Assembly (NCBI GenBank): GCA_947056845.1 | Contig: CAMSCJ010000007.1 | Coordinates: 6,685 to 70,684 of the forward strand | Direction of reading: 5' to 3' | DNA length: 64,000 nt | Origin: an uncultured Mycoplasmatota bacterium | GTDB lineage: Bacteria > Bacillota_I > Bacilli_A > RF39 > UBA660 | Part shown: piece by piece, positions 50,278-59,397 of the stretch | Layout of the letters: every line of letters begins with the position of its first letter | Position numbering within the stretch: the first letter of the stretch is position 1 | The notes under the pieces: generated by a model | Told to the model about the DNA's origin: nothing | The model's database searches: none | Seen by the model: only the letters and a program-made list of their open reading frames with translations | Translations under genes and position numbers: made by a program

Positions 50278-50313
50278 GGGAATACCTAGTTTTGTTGAGT
50301 TAGGTACTATCCC
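50278..50313. other. long hairpin GGGAAUACCUAG...UAGGUACUAUCCC (also fits an intrinsic terminator on the minus strand)
   Basis: Nested stems GGGA/UCCC and ACCUA/UAGGU. On the minus strand it is followed by AUUUUAUUU. Confidence 0.5.
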
Positions 50314-50328
50314 TTATGTTTGTTGGAT

Positions 50329-50363
50329 TAGTACCGACTTATACAGTTGGTACTATTTTTATT
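50329..50363 (+). terminator. plus-strand intrinsic terminator (or attenuator)
   Basis: TAGTACC (50329-50335) / GGTACTA (50349-50355) 7-bp stem followed by TTTTTATT. The same GGTACTA also occurs at 50303-50309. Confidence 0.45.
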
Positions 50364-50396
50364 ATCATAAGTAAAATTACAATAATAAGGAGTATT

Positions 50397-50453
50397 ATGA
50401 TTAAACAAAGAGTTCTCTCTATTCTTCTCATATATCATCACCCCTTTCACTAA
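50397..50453 (+). CDS. possible 18-codon small ORF (MIKQRVLSILLIYHHPFH) with AAGGAG RBS
   Basis: AAGGAG at 50387-50392, 4 nt before the ATG. A consensus-like plus-strand promoter TTGATT-17-TATAAT lies at 50211-50239. May be spurious. Confidence 0.2.
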   Translation: MIKQRVLSILLIYHHPFH

Positions 50454-50463
50454 AAAGTAAAAG

Positions 50464-50493
50464 GGAATAGTACCTAAACTAACCAAGTATTCC
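50464..50493 (-). terminator. intrinsic terminator of the pncC gene
   Basis: GGAATA...TATTCC stem followed on the minus strand by CUUUUACUUUUU. Confidence 0.55.
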
Positions 50494-50535
50494 TATAACA
50501 ATTATATAGAACATTTGTTCTTGCGTAAAGATTAT

Positions 50536-51024
50536 TTAGAAAATTTCTAATAATTTTTTTATTATTTCATTAATAACTAATTCTTTATTATCTTTTCGTG
50601 ATTTTTCAGTTGCCAAAACTTCTAATAAATAATCTTGGAGTTTATCTTTATCATAGATACATATAAACACTTTATTATCTTCACCAAAAGGATTATTTTT
50701 ATCAACTCGGTTTAATTTGCCTGTAATACCAATGCCATAATTAGAACCAGCAAACTCAGAAATATTATGAGCCATTTCTATAGCTGTTTCTTTACTATAA
50801 ACGGAATATTTATCAATTACATTTGGATCAACACCCATTTTTATTTTATATTCATTAGAATAAGTTACAGCACTAAATTTTATAATTTCACTAGCACCTT
50901 CAATATCTGTAATAGCGCTTGCTAAAGCACCTCCTGTACAAGATTCCATAGTAGCAATGGTTTTATTTTTATTTGTTAAAATTTCAATTATTCTTTGCAT
51001 ATTTCTTTGTATTTCCTTTCTCAT
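50536..51024 (-). CDS. pncC: CinA C-terminal-domain protein / NMN deamidase PncC-like
   Basis: ATMESCTGGALASAITDIEGAS motif. Start uncertain (51024 or 51000). Confidence 0.75.
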   Translation of the reverse strand: MRKEIQRNMQRIIEILTNKNKTIATMESCTGGALASAITDIEGASEIIKFSAVTYSNEYKIKMGVDPNVIDKYSVYSKETAIEMAHNISEFAGSNYGIGITGKLNRVDKNNPFGEDNKVFICIYDKDKLQDYLLEVLATEKSRKDNKELVINEIIKKLLEIF

Positions 51025-51847
51025 AAAATTTATCTATTAGAGGAACCATATATTCTTTTATATAAGGTTTAACATTTTCTATAATTTCTTCCGGGATACC
51101 GTAGTAAGCTTCTGCTAAGGAACCAGTAATTGTAGCTATCGTATCGCTATCACCACCTATTGATATAGCTTTTCTAATTGCGTCTTCAAAATTATTTGAT
51201 TCTAAAAAACAAAATATAGCTTGAGGTACTGACTTAATAGCTTCACTAGTGAATGTATAGTTCATTCTTAAATCTTCTAAATCGTAAGCTAGGGAAAAAT
51301 AATTTGCTTCTAAAAATTGCTTTAAATTTTCCCTAGATATACCTGTTCTTAAAAGATAAATAGAAATAGAAATAGCAACCGCCTCACTACATTTAATACT
51401 ACTTTCATGATTATGACTTGGAATGGTCACTTTATAACTTTCTTCTTTTATTTTTACTATATCATCAAATAAAAATCCTACTGGTGATATCCGCATCGCA
51501 CATCCATTCCCATAACTATTCCCTTGATAATTACCATTTAACCAAGCTACAAAACCTTGACCAAAACGGCTTCGTCCATAAATGTCTTTACCAAAATTAA
51601 TCTCTCTTAAACCATATTCCTTTAACTTATCTTGATATGGTACATTTGACATAATAGCATCAGCAATCGCAACTGTTAAAATAGAATCATCAGTTACAGA
51701 GCTATTTTTATCAAATAAGGGAATGCTTGTATCCATAATTTTCATTCTATCTTGATATAATCTAGGTTTATGCGCTGCTTTATAGTTTAATATTTCTAGA
51801 ACTTCGTAATATGAACCTGCTGTATCACCAATAATTGCTCCTAACAT
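50984..51847 (-). CDS. ADP-ribosylglycohydrolase family protein
   Basis: N-terminal MLGAIIGDTAGS and C-terminal GGDSDTIATITGSLAEAYYG motifs (DraG/ARH fold). Confidence 0.75.
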   Translation of the reverse strand: MLGAIIGDTAGSYYEVLEILNYKAAHKPRLYQDRMKIMDTSIPLFDKNSSVTDDSILTVAIADAIMSNVPYQDKLKEYGLREINFGKDIYGRSRFGQGFVAWLNGNYQGNSYGNGCAMRISPVGFLFDDIVKIKEESYKVTIPSHNHESSIKCSEAVAISISIYLLRTGISRENLKQFLEANYFSLAYDLEDLRMNYTFTSEAIKSVPQAIFCFLESNNFEDAIRKAISIGGDSDTIATITGSLAEAYYGIPEEIIENVKPYIKEYMVPLIDKFYEKGNTKKYAKNN

Positions 51848-51898
51848 AAAAATTCCTCCATTATCTTTTTAAAAATGCGCTTTATATTAAAGAAAAGA

Positions 51899-52480
51899 CT
51901 AAATATATAAATTATGGTCAATGATATAATTTAAGACTTCTTTTATAATCATATCACAATTTATATTTAATCTATCTTTTTTTAATAAATTTCTTATTTG
52001 TGTGGATGATATATAGTTTAAAGGTACATTGGCAATAATAATATTATCTTTCCATTTATAATATTTATTAATGATATTATCGATATTATCATCATTTCTT
52101 CTAATAACTAAGATTTTAAAATTAGTTAATATATATTCATATTCCTTCCAACTATCTAGTTCTTTTAAGTTATCACTTCCACAAATAAAATAAATATCAT
52201 CATTTGGATATTGCTTTTTAAAATATGTTAATGTTTGATAAGTATATTTTAGCTTTCCAAATTCATAATCAGATACCTCAATATTTTTAGTATTTTGAAA
52301 CATTAATTTTAACATATTATATCTATCAATATCACTCGCCAAATTAGGTTTATTATAAAAATTTCCCGTTGGTACATAAATAACTTTATTTAAATAATTA
52401 TTTTTAATTAAGTTTAACGCAATATCTTTATGCATTTGGTGAGGAGGATTAAAACATCCCCCAAATATACCAATTCTCAT
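51899..52480 (-). CDS. nadD: nicotinate-nucleotide adenylyltransferase
   Basis: GIFGGCFNPPHQMH (HxGH-type) nucleotidyltransferase motif. Confidence 0.9.
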   Translation of the reverse strand: MRIGIFGGCFNPPHQMHKDIALNLIKNNYLNKVIYVPTGNFYNKPNLASDIDRYNMLKLMFQNTKNIEVSDYEFGKLKYTYQTLTYFKKQYPNDDIYFICGSDNLKELDSWKEYEYILTNFKILVIRRNDDNIDNIINKYYKWKDNIIIANVPLNYISSTQIRNLLKKDRLNINCDMIIKEVLNYIIDHNLYI

Positions 52481-52481
52481 A

Positions 52482-53246
52482 CTACATTTTTTTTCTATAG
52501 GTTGGAATATTAAATTTATGTAAATTATTTTGATGAAGCTTTGTTATTTTTTCGGCTTCCTCATTTGAAACAGAATTTTTATCTTCCATATAATCAGCGA
52601 TTTTCTTATAACTTACACCCAATTTATCTTCATCAGTTTGATTAGATAACCCATCATTTGGTTTTTTATATAATACTTTTTCTGGAACTTTTAAAACTCC
52701 GCCTATTTGAATTACTTCGTCGACAGTTAAATCAGCAATGGGCGCAATGTCGTGAACAGAGTCTCCTCCTTTAGTAAAATATCCTACAAATAATTCACAT
52801 TTATTACTAGTTCCTGCTACTAAATATGTTTTTTTATTTACAGCACTATATAAAGCTGCTAAGTAGTAAAGAGTTGCCATTCTAAGCCTTGGTTTAATAT
52901 TTATATCACTATTTTTAAGTTCTTCCTCATTAAAACTACCTAAATTATCTAATTCTAATTTAAATGTATCATAAATTTTAGTAAGATCAAAATTAATAAG
53001 TTTAAAACCATAATAATCACTAATTAACTTTGCATCAATAGCGTCCTCATCTTTTGAGTGACATGGTAATGTTACACCGATAACATTTTCACTACCTAAA
53101 GCACGTACCATTAAAGCAGCTACAACACCTGAATCTTTTCCACCACTAATACCTAAAATAGCGCCTCCTAAGTTATTTTTTTGATAATAGTCCCTAATAA
53201 AATTAATTATATTTTCGGTTTCTTTTAAAGCATTAAATTTTTTCAT
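52482..53246 (-). CDS. nadE: NH3-dependent NAD+ synthetase
   Basis: PP-loop GISGGKDSGVVAAL. Confidence 0.9.
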   Translation of the reverse strand: MKKFNALKETENIINFIRDYYQKNNLGGAILGISGGKDSGVVAALMVRALGSENVIGVTLPCHSKDEDAIDAKLISDYYGFKLINFDLTKIYDTFKLELDNLGSFNEEELKNSDINIKPRLRMATLYYLAALYSAVNKKTYLVAGTSNKCELFVGYFTKGGDSVHDIAPIADLTVDEVIQIGGVLKVPEKVLYKKPNDGLSNQTDEDKLGVSYKKIADYMEDKNSVSNEEAEKITKLHQNNLHKFNIPTYRKKM

Positions 53247-53248
53247 CC

Positions 53249-53842
53249 TTATCTCTCCTTCACAAACGCTTTAGCTTTTTCTAAAGTTAAAATTGAATTA
53301 GCACCTTTAATATATCCTAATTGAACAAGTTCTAAAGCTTCACTAAAAGTACATTCAAAATAGTGAATAAATTCTGATTCATCAAGTCTTTGTTTACTTG
53401 TTTTTATAGCATCTAAGGCAAGAAAGCTTGTATTAAGTGCTCTTGAACAACCTTCATCTTGGTAAAAACTAGCTAACCCAATTAAGTTATTTGAAGTATA
53501 TCCTGTTTCTTCTTTCATTTCTCTAATAGCTGCTATAATTGGATCCTCACCAAATTCTATATAACCGGCTGGTAACCCTACGCCTACTGTTTCTTCCGCA
53601 AATACTCGGGGCTCAACTACTAAAATAGTATTATTTTCTTTAGTAACTGGTAAAACAATTACGGCACTTCCACTACTACTATTTTTAATTATTTCTTCAC
53701 GAGTAATTATTTCACCATTCCCAAGCAAAAATTTGGATTGTTTAACTTTTAAAAACTTAGGTTGTTCTAAACTTTCAAAGGTTTTAATGGTTTTAAATTC
53801 TTCAATATATGATTTTAATTCTTCAAGTTTTTCTTTTCTCAT
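53249..53842 (-). CDS. NUDIX hydrolase (ADP-ribose pyrophosphatase-like)
   Basis: Nudix box GEDPIIAAIREMKEETGY. Confidence 0.75.
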   Translation of the reverse strand: MRKEKLEELKSYIEEFKTIKTFESLEQPKFLKVKQSKFLLGNGEIITREEIIKNSSSGSAVIVLPVTKENNTILVVEPRVFAEETVGVGLPAGYIEFGEDPIIAAIREMKEETGYTSNNLIGLASFYQDEGCSRALNTSFLALDAIKTSKQRLDESEFIHYFECTFSEALELVQLGYIKGANSILTLEKAKAFVKER

Positions 53843-55278
53843 CTTTTTACCTTAGCCTTACCTTTATGTTGTTGAATCAAATTATTCTTAAGATTTAATA
53901 ATTTTTCAGTTAGGTCAACATAATATTCATGCGGATTATCAATTCTTTTAATTTCTGGATAGAAAGTATTAAAATCATTTTTACAATATTGTTGTTTTTC
54001 TAAAACACTCATATCATTATAAACTAAATTTCCGTTTAAGAAAATTGGAACCTGTAACTCACGAACAGTATAGTTAGTAATAGTCTTCCTTTTATTAGTA
54101 TCTGTTGGACAAATCAATGTAAATTTTTCATTACTTATTTTCTCATCGTGTAGGGCGATAACATCTCCTAAAGCATAGCCTGTATCTTTATCATAGAAAC
54201 GATAAACTTTTTTATAGCCCGGATTAATCGTTTTCCCAGTATCTTCACTTACTTTGATTTTAGGAATAATAAGGTCATTTTTTTGGGTAGCGACTAACTT
54301 ATAAACAGCATTGCCTCTTTCTTTAGGGGCCGCAATATTATCACCCGCCCCAATACTATCAAATTTTGCTCCTTGATTGATAAGTGACGCAATTGTTTTT
54401 TCATTTAAACCATTTGATAGGCAAATTTGTGTATCTATAAACCCTGCTTCATCCAACATTTTTCTGGCTACTTTAGATAAATAAGCTAAATCACCACTAT
54501 CAATTCTAATTCCTTTAAATTTGATTCCATTTGGAATTAACACTTCATTAGCTACTTTTATGGCTGCTGGTATACCACTATTTATTGTATCATAAGTATC
54601 AACTAAGAACACACAATTATTGGGATTATCCTTTGCGTATGTAGAAAAAGCTTCTTCTTCAGTATCAAACATTTGAATATAGCTATGCGCCATTGTTCCA
54701 GATACTTTAAGATTATATAATCTTGCGGCTTCATCGTTTGATGTTGATGCACATCCACCTATTACCGCGTATTTAGAGGCTTCAATAGATGCCTCACCTT
54801 GACACCTTCTAGCTCCAAATTCCATAACAGGTCTACCTTGAGCAGCTTCCGTTATTCTTTTAGCAGATGTTGCAATAACGTGTCCATGATTGAAATAAGA
54901 TAATAGTGCCGTTTCAATTATTTGGGCTTCAACTGCATTCGCTCTAACAGTTATAACAGGCTCATTTGGAAAAATAACGGTGCCATCAGGTATTGCAAAA
55001 ATATCACCTGTAAATTTTAAATTAGCTAAATATTCTAAAAAAGCTTCATCAAAATTGTGTCTTTTTCTTAAAAACTTAATTCTTACTTCATCAAAATTTA
55101 TATTTTGAATAAAATTAATAATATTATCTAAACCACAACTTATGGCATATCCACCTTGGAATGGATTATTCCTAAAAAAGACATCAAAATAAGTTGTAGT
55201 ATTTATCATTCCATTTTTAAAATAAGTATAAGCCATTGTATATTCATAGTCATCTGTCATTAATGTGTTATTTTTCAT
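53839..55278 (-). CDS. pncB: nicotinate phosphoribosyltransferase
   Basis: MTDDYEYTMAYTYFKNG N-terminus, about 480 aa, type II PRTase family. Confidence 0.9.
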   Translation of the reverse strand: MKNNTLMTDDYEYTMAYTYFKNGMINTTTYFDVFFRNNPFQGGYAISCGLDNIINFIQNINFDEVRIKFLRKRHNFDEAFLEYLANLKFTGDIFAIPDGTVIFPNEPVITVRANAVEAQIIETALLSYFNHGHVIATSAKRITEAAQGRPVMEFGARRCQGEASIEASKYAVIGGCASTSNDEAARLYNLKVSGTMAHSYIQMFDTEEEAFSTYAKDNPNNCVFLVDTYDTINSGIPAAIKVANEVLIPNGIKFKGIRIDSGDLAYLSKVARKMLDEAGFIDTQICLSNGLNEKTIASLINQGAKFDSIGAGDNIAAPKERGNAVYKLVATQKNDLIIPKIKVSEDTGKTINPGYKKVYRFYDKDTGYALGDVIALHDEKISNEKFTLICPTDTNKRKTITNYTVRELQVPIFLNGNLVYNDMSVLEKQQYCKNDFNTFYPEIKRIDNPHEYYVDLTEKLLNLKNNLIQQHKGKAKVKR

Positions 55279-55877
55279 ATATTTTTCACCTTCCTATATT
55301 CATTTACAACTTGAATTCCAGCTTGACTCATTAAGTCAAAAGCCATATTGTTATATTCTTCTCTTCTATGTTTTGGTGGTATGCTATATGTCTCGACAGC
55401 ATTCATTGGTATAACGATATTAATATCTTTATTAATTGCATTAAAGTAAGTTTTTAAGGCAATGGCAAGTTGCATTACACATATATCAGTACAGCAACCT
55501 GTAACAACAAATTCCTTCACTTCTTTTAAACTATTAATATAGTCTATAAAGCCATTAGCATATATTCCATTAGTTGAATTTTTAAAAAATACCTTCATTC
55601 TATCTTCATAAACTTTAATTTCATTAACAAGTTCCGATTCACTAGTTCCTTTTAGGCAGTGTTCAGGAAAACTTTTAAACTCTACTGCCCCCTTTTCGTG
55701 GCAATCGCGAAAAGCGATAACAGGATAATTTTTGTTTAAAAAGTTATCAATCAAATTCACATTTTCATCAATAATATTTCTTATATATGGATCGGCCATC
55801 TTTCCTTCATTGATAAAACCGTTTACCATATCAACAACAATTAACCCACTTTTGATCATTTCTAATTTTTCTTTCAT
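55275..55877 (-). CDS. pncA: nicotinamidase / isochorismatase-family hydrolase
   Basis: Catalytic Cys in VVTGCCTDICV, Asp near the N-terminus, about 200 aa. Confidence 0.85.
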   Translation of the reverse strand: MKEKLEMIKSGLIVVDMVNGFINEGKMADPYIRNIIDENVNLIDNFLNKNYPVIAFRDCHEKGAVEFKSFPEHCLKGTSESELVNEIKVYEDRMKVFFKNSTNGIYANGFIDYINSLKEVKEFVVTGCCTDICVMQLAIALKTYFNAINKDINIVIPMNAVETYSIPPKHRREEYNNMAFDLMSQAGIQVVNEYRKVKNI

Positions 55878-55904
55878 AAAATCTCCTCTTTCTTATTAAT
55901 ATTT

Positions 55905-55915
55905 TGTTAATAACA
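55905..55915. promoter_or_regulatory. 11-bp palindrome TGTTAATAACA (operator candidate 1)
   Basis: In the pncA operon leader. Confidence 0.4.
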
Positions 55916-55953
55916 TAAGTTACTAATATATTCTATTCGTGTTATGTACATTT

Positions 55954-55964
55954 TGTTAATAACA
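55954..55964. promoter_or_regulatory. 11-bp palindrome TGTTAATAACA (operator candidate 2)
   Basis: 49 bp from copy 1. Confidence 0.4.
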
Positions 55965-56004
55965 ATAAATAGAATTATACTAAATATTATGCAGATTGAC
56001 CATC

Positions 56005-56015
56005 TGTTATTAACA
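56005..56015. promoter_or_regulatory. 11-bp palindrome TGTTATTAACA (operator candidate 3, abuts the -10)
   Basis: 51 bp from copy 2. Half-site copies ATTATTAACA (56020-56029), TGTTTTTAACA (56046-56056) and TTAATAACA (56062-56070) lie nearby. Confidence 0.4.
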
Positions 56016-56043
56016 TTATATTATTAACATTTTAATTTGTCAA
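56015..56043 (-). promoter_or_regulatory. pncA-operon promoter (TTGACA complement 56038-56043, 17 nt, TATAAT complement 56015-56020)
   Basis: Perfect consensus hexamers on the minus strand. Confidence 0.55.
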
Positions 56044-56115
56044 TATGTTTTTAACATTTTTTTAATAACATATTAAATTAACAAAAAAATCAAATACTTT
56101 TTATATATTTGATTT

Positions 56116-57399
56116 CTATTTTTTCTTATATGTTTTAGTATCTTCACTTAAATATAAATCTAATTCATTATTGTTTAAAATAGATTCCTTCATTTCTTTA
56201 ACTTCAGTCGCCCAAGTATTATCCCCTTCACAATATAACTTTTGCATTTCATACTCAATATTTGTTTCATCAGTATTTTCATCCACTGTCAAATCTTTAA
56301 TTTTAAGTGTATTTCTAACGAAACATTCTACACCGATTTCAAATGTTTTAAATGTTAAGAAGTCATTTCCTTCTTTGATGCCACCAGGATTATTATCATA
56401 AATACATCTATCAGATTCTCCCCAGTAAGTTTCTAGGCGGTGAATAGCAAGCAACAAGGCTAAAGTATTTTCATCTTCAACTTTATAAATATCTTTAGCC
56501 ATATATATAATATATTCTTCCTTTTCCTTAGAAGTTAAATTAGTTATAATTGGATCTTTATCAATCGTTTCATCTAAATAAAAAGCTTCTTTTACTTTTA
56601 AGATAAAAGTGCGTTTATAATTATCAGAATTATTAATTTCATCATAATTATCATTATAAATACCATTAACAGCTTTGTAATCCATAAAATATAAATCTGC
56701 ATATTCTTGAATTAATTGTTCTGTTTCGGATAATTCACTTATTGAGTTATCTGGTAATTCATTTAAAGCTATACTGGTTGCGTTAATTTGACCAATGGCT
56801 ACTCCCTCAATAACATTATCTTCTAAATTAATATCAATTTTTGCATTCGAATTATTTTCTAAACTTTGGGTTTCTATTATAGATTGATTACTAGCTAAAT
56901 TGACTAAAGTATTAATTTCTTGATTAAATTTTTGACTTTGATTTTCAAGATGTAGAAAATTAACTGTTTCTAAAACGCCTATTGAAAGACAGGTAGATAA
57001 TAAAATTTTTGTAATACCACTTTCAGATAGTTGTCTATGTTTATTTTTAACAAGAGTTACTTGATTAGATACTTTATCACCTATAACACCTTTTACTAAA
57101 GCTCTGTTTAAATCTTTTAATTCAGGATAATTCTTTATTAAAGAATAATCACTAATATAAACATGTGCATTATCAGCAATTCTAAACTTTATCATATCAT
57201 TTTTGTTATTTTTTCTAATACTATGAATACTACCATTTAATAATTCTTTTAATTTTTTCTCAACAAAATAATTACCACGATACTTATTATTATCATTATG
57301 TTGCCATTTATTATTAATATAATTTTGAATAACTAGGTAACTTTCACCTAAGTATTGCCCTATTAAAATGCGCATATTACTATTCATAACAGTTTCCAT
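56116..57399 (-). CDS. membrane-anchored protein with C-terminal glucosaminidase (GH73)-like domain
   Basis: Internal TM (ITKILLSTCLSIGVL). C-terminal ...ETYWGESDRCIYDNNPGGIK resembles the E...G.S...NN..GIK core of GH73 N-acetylglucosaminidases. Confidence 0.4.
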   Translation of the reverse strand: METVMNSNMRILIGQYLGESYLVIQNYINNKWQHNDNNKYRGNYFVEKKLKELLNGSIHSIRKNNKNDMIKFRIADNAHVYISDYSLIKNYPELKDLNRALVKGVIGDKVSNQVTLVKNKHRQLSESGITKILLSTCLSIGVLETVNFLHLENQSQKFNQEINTLVNLASNQSIIETQSLENNSNAKIDINLEDNVIEGVAIGQINATSIALNELPDNSISELSETEQLIQEYADLYFMDYKAVNGIYNDNYDEINNSDNYKRTFILKVKEAFYLDETIDKDPIITNLTSKEKEEYIIYMAKDIYKVEDENTLALLLAIHRLETYWGESDRCIYDNNPGGIKEGNDFLTFKTFEIGVECFVRNTLKIKDLTVDENTDETNIEYEMQKLYCEGDNTWATEVKEMKESILNNNELDLYLSEDTKTYKKK

Positions 57400-57513
57400 T
57401 TTTTCACCTCACTCACAATAAAAAGATATTATCACGTATTTTCCATAATAATATCTTTAAAAAATTATGTCAATATTAATTGTTTGTATTAACCCCTTTT
57501 TTACATAAATTGA

Positions 57514-57708
57514 CTACTTTTCCAACATTAATGGATTTTTTCTTCTTACACGCACTAACATTATGCCTGTTAAATATGTAAGTGTTAGTAAAAAGTATTC
57601 TAAAAATTGGTTTCTTGTCAAAAGCGATACAGCAGAAGCAAAGCATCCTAAACCAACCCCTATTGAATATAAAACCATTAAAATCACCTTTTTCACATTA
57701 ATTTTCAT
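57514..57708 (-). CDS. small membrane protein (64 aa)
   Basis: Two hydrophobic helices. A G7 homopolymer forms its Shine-Dalgarno. Confidence 0.4.
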   Translation of the reverse strand: MKINVKKVILMVLYSIGVGLGCFASAVSLLTRNQFLEYFLLTLTYLTGIMLVRVRRKNPLMLEK

Positions 57709-57867
57709 ATGAAATCCCCCCCTTTTCCAAATGAAAATTACAATATAATACTATATAATATTTATTTTGTCAAGAAAAAATTAATTTTTTTTATATTTTT
57801 TCAAAATAAAAGTCTTTTATCCCTTATATATTAAGCTAATATGGTAAAAAACTTTTTTAAGTTAATA

Positions 57868-59325
57868 TTATAGTTTTTTCGTTTTGGGACCTTTAAAATC
57901 ATCCGTATTAAGATATGACTGTTCAAATAGCGTTAACAGCTCACGAAAATTATTAATTGTTGTTTTTAAGTCAGTATGGATTATTTGTATATTATCTACT
58001 TCTTTTGGTAAACCTTTTACAATTCCATCTTGAAAAACTCTTTTTAAAATGGTCGGTGCTACTGTTATACTATGAATGGTAAGATTCTTAAAATCTTGAC
58101 AACTTCTCTTTATAAAAAATTCGGCAGCTTGATCTTGAAGCAATTCTTTGCCACTTAATTGATTATTAGAAAACTTATTAATGCCATTTAAACATATTAA
58201 AGATTTAGCCATACAGAAAAGAAAATCTGGTGGTAAAAATTCATATTTTAAACATATATTCATTACATCTGTAAAGTAGCAAGTAATATCTTTGGTTTTA
58301 ACTTCATAACAATATTTTTTTATATCTTCTTTAAATTTTTCTTTTTCAAAATCATTGATATAAGCATAAGGCATAAATAATTCAAATAATTTTTCATAAT
58401 TACCTAAATAAGCATTTAGAAAAAATTGTTTTGTCATTTCAACATCTTCTTTGGATAATTGAAATAACAAACCCATATCTAAAAAACCAATATTCCCATC
58501 TTTATCTATATAGATATTTCCACTATGAGGGTCCCCGTGAAAAATAATTGGTTTATCAGTAAGTAAGGCATTAAAACTTAATTTTAGATAACTATTGATA
58601 GCCATAGTAATTTTTTCTTGATTTTCCTTATTTAATTCTAATTTATTAATTGTTTTATCATCTATATATTCCATAACAATAATATTTTCTGTGCAAAGGT
58701 CTTCATATACTTTAGGTACTTTTATCTTTTTTGTTTGTGGTACCTCTCCATTAACATTATCAGCAAATTTCTGATATAGTTTTATATTTTCTTTTTCTTG
58801 TTCAAAATCTGTTTCTTGCATTATCCATTTAATATATAAATCTAAAGCTCTATCTTTACCCTTAAAATTATTAAATTTAAATAATCGTCCAAATTTATTA
58901 ACGATTTTTCTTATTTGTTCAATATCTTTATACATATTATTAACAATATCTTTTCTTTTAATTTTGATGGCAACAGTATCACCATTTTTTAATATTGCCT
59001 TATGTACTTGGGAAACGGATGCTGAACCAATTGGATTATGGTCAATTTCTACAAATAAATTATCTAAATTAGAGTTATATTCTTTTTTTAATATTTCGTG
59101 AATAGTTTCAAATGGTATTTGATTACAATTATCACAAATACTTGAAAGTAATTTTCTATCTTCTTCGGTAAACAAGTTACCATAATTTTGGGTTGCTAAT
59201 ATTTGGGCTAGTTTAATATACGCTATTCCCATATCTTCACATAATATTTTGACTGCTTCGCCATTATTATAATGTTTAAGATACTTATTTATTAATAGTT
59301 TAATTATTTCAAAATATAACTTCAT
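57868..59325 (-). CDS. ABC1/UbiB family atypical protein kinase
   Basis: ABC1 signature …IGSASVSQVHKA…VAIKIKRKDI… and the kinase-like HGDPHSGN...DMG motif. Confidence 0.75.
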   Translation of the reverse strand: MKLYFEIIKLLINKYLKHYNNGEAVKILCEDMGIAYIKLAQILATQNYGNLFTEEDRKLLSSICDNCNQIPFETIHEILKKEYNSNLDNLFVEIDHNPIGSASVSQVHKAILKNGDTVAIKIKRKDIVNNMYKDIEQIRKIVNKFGRLFKFNNFKGKDRALDLYIKWIMQETDFEQEKENIKLYQKFADNVNGEVPQTKKIKVPKVYEDLCTENIIVMEYIDDKTINKLELNKENQEKITMAINSYLKLSFNALLTDKPIIFHGDPHSGNIYIDKDGNIGFLDMGLLFQLSKEDVEMTKQFFLNAYLGNYEKLFELFMPYAYINDFEKEKFKEDIKKYCYEVKTKDITCYFTDVMNICLKYEFLPPDFLFCMAKSLICLNGINKFSNNQLSGKELLQDQAAEFFIKRSCQDFKNLTIHSITVAPTILKRVFQDGIVKGLPKEVDNIQIIHTDLKTTINNFRELLTLFEQSYLNTDDFKGPKTKKL

Positions 59326-59397
59326 AATATAACCTCAATTCAAAATGTTATTTTATCACGCTTTTAATAATTGTCAATAAAAAGAACTATTACAAAA

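Noticed and set aside
50397-50453. 18-codon ORF as a bona fide gene
   Set aside because: Kept only as a low-confidence feature. The SD-ATG spacing is short (4 nt), and the surrounding hairpins are adequately explained as tandem terminators for pncC.
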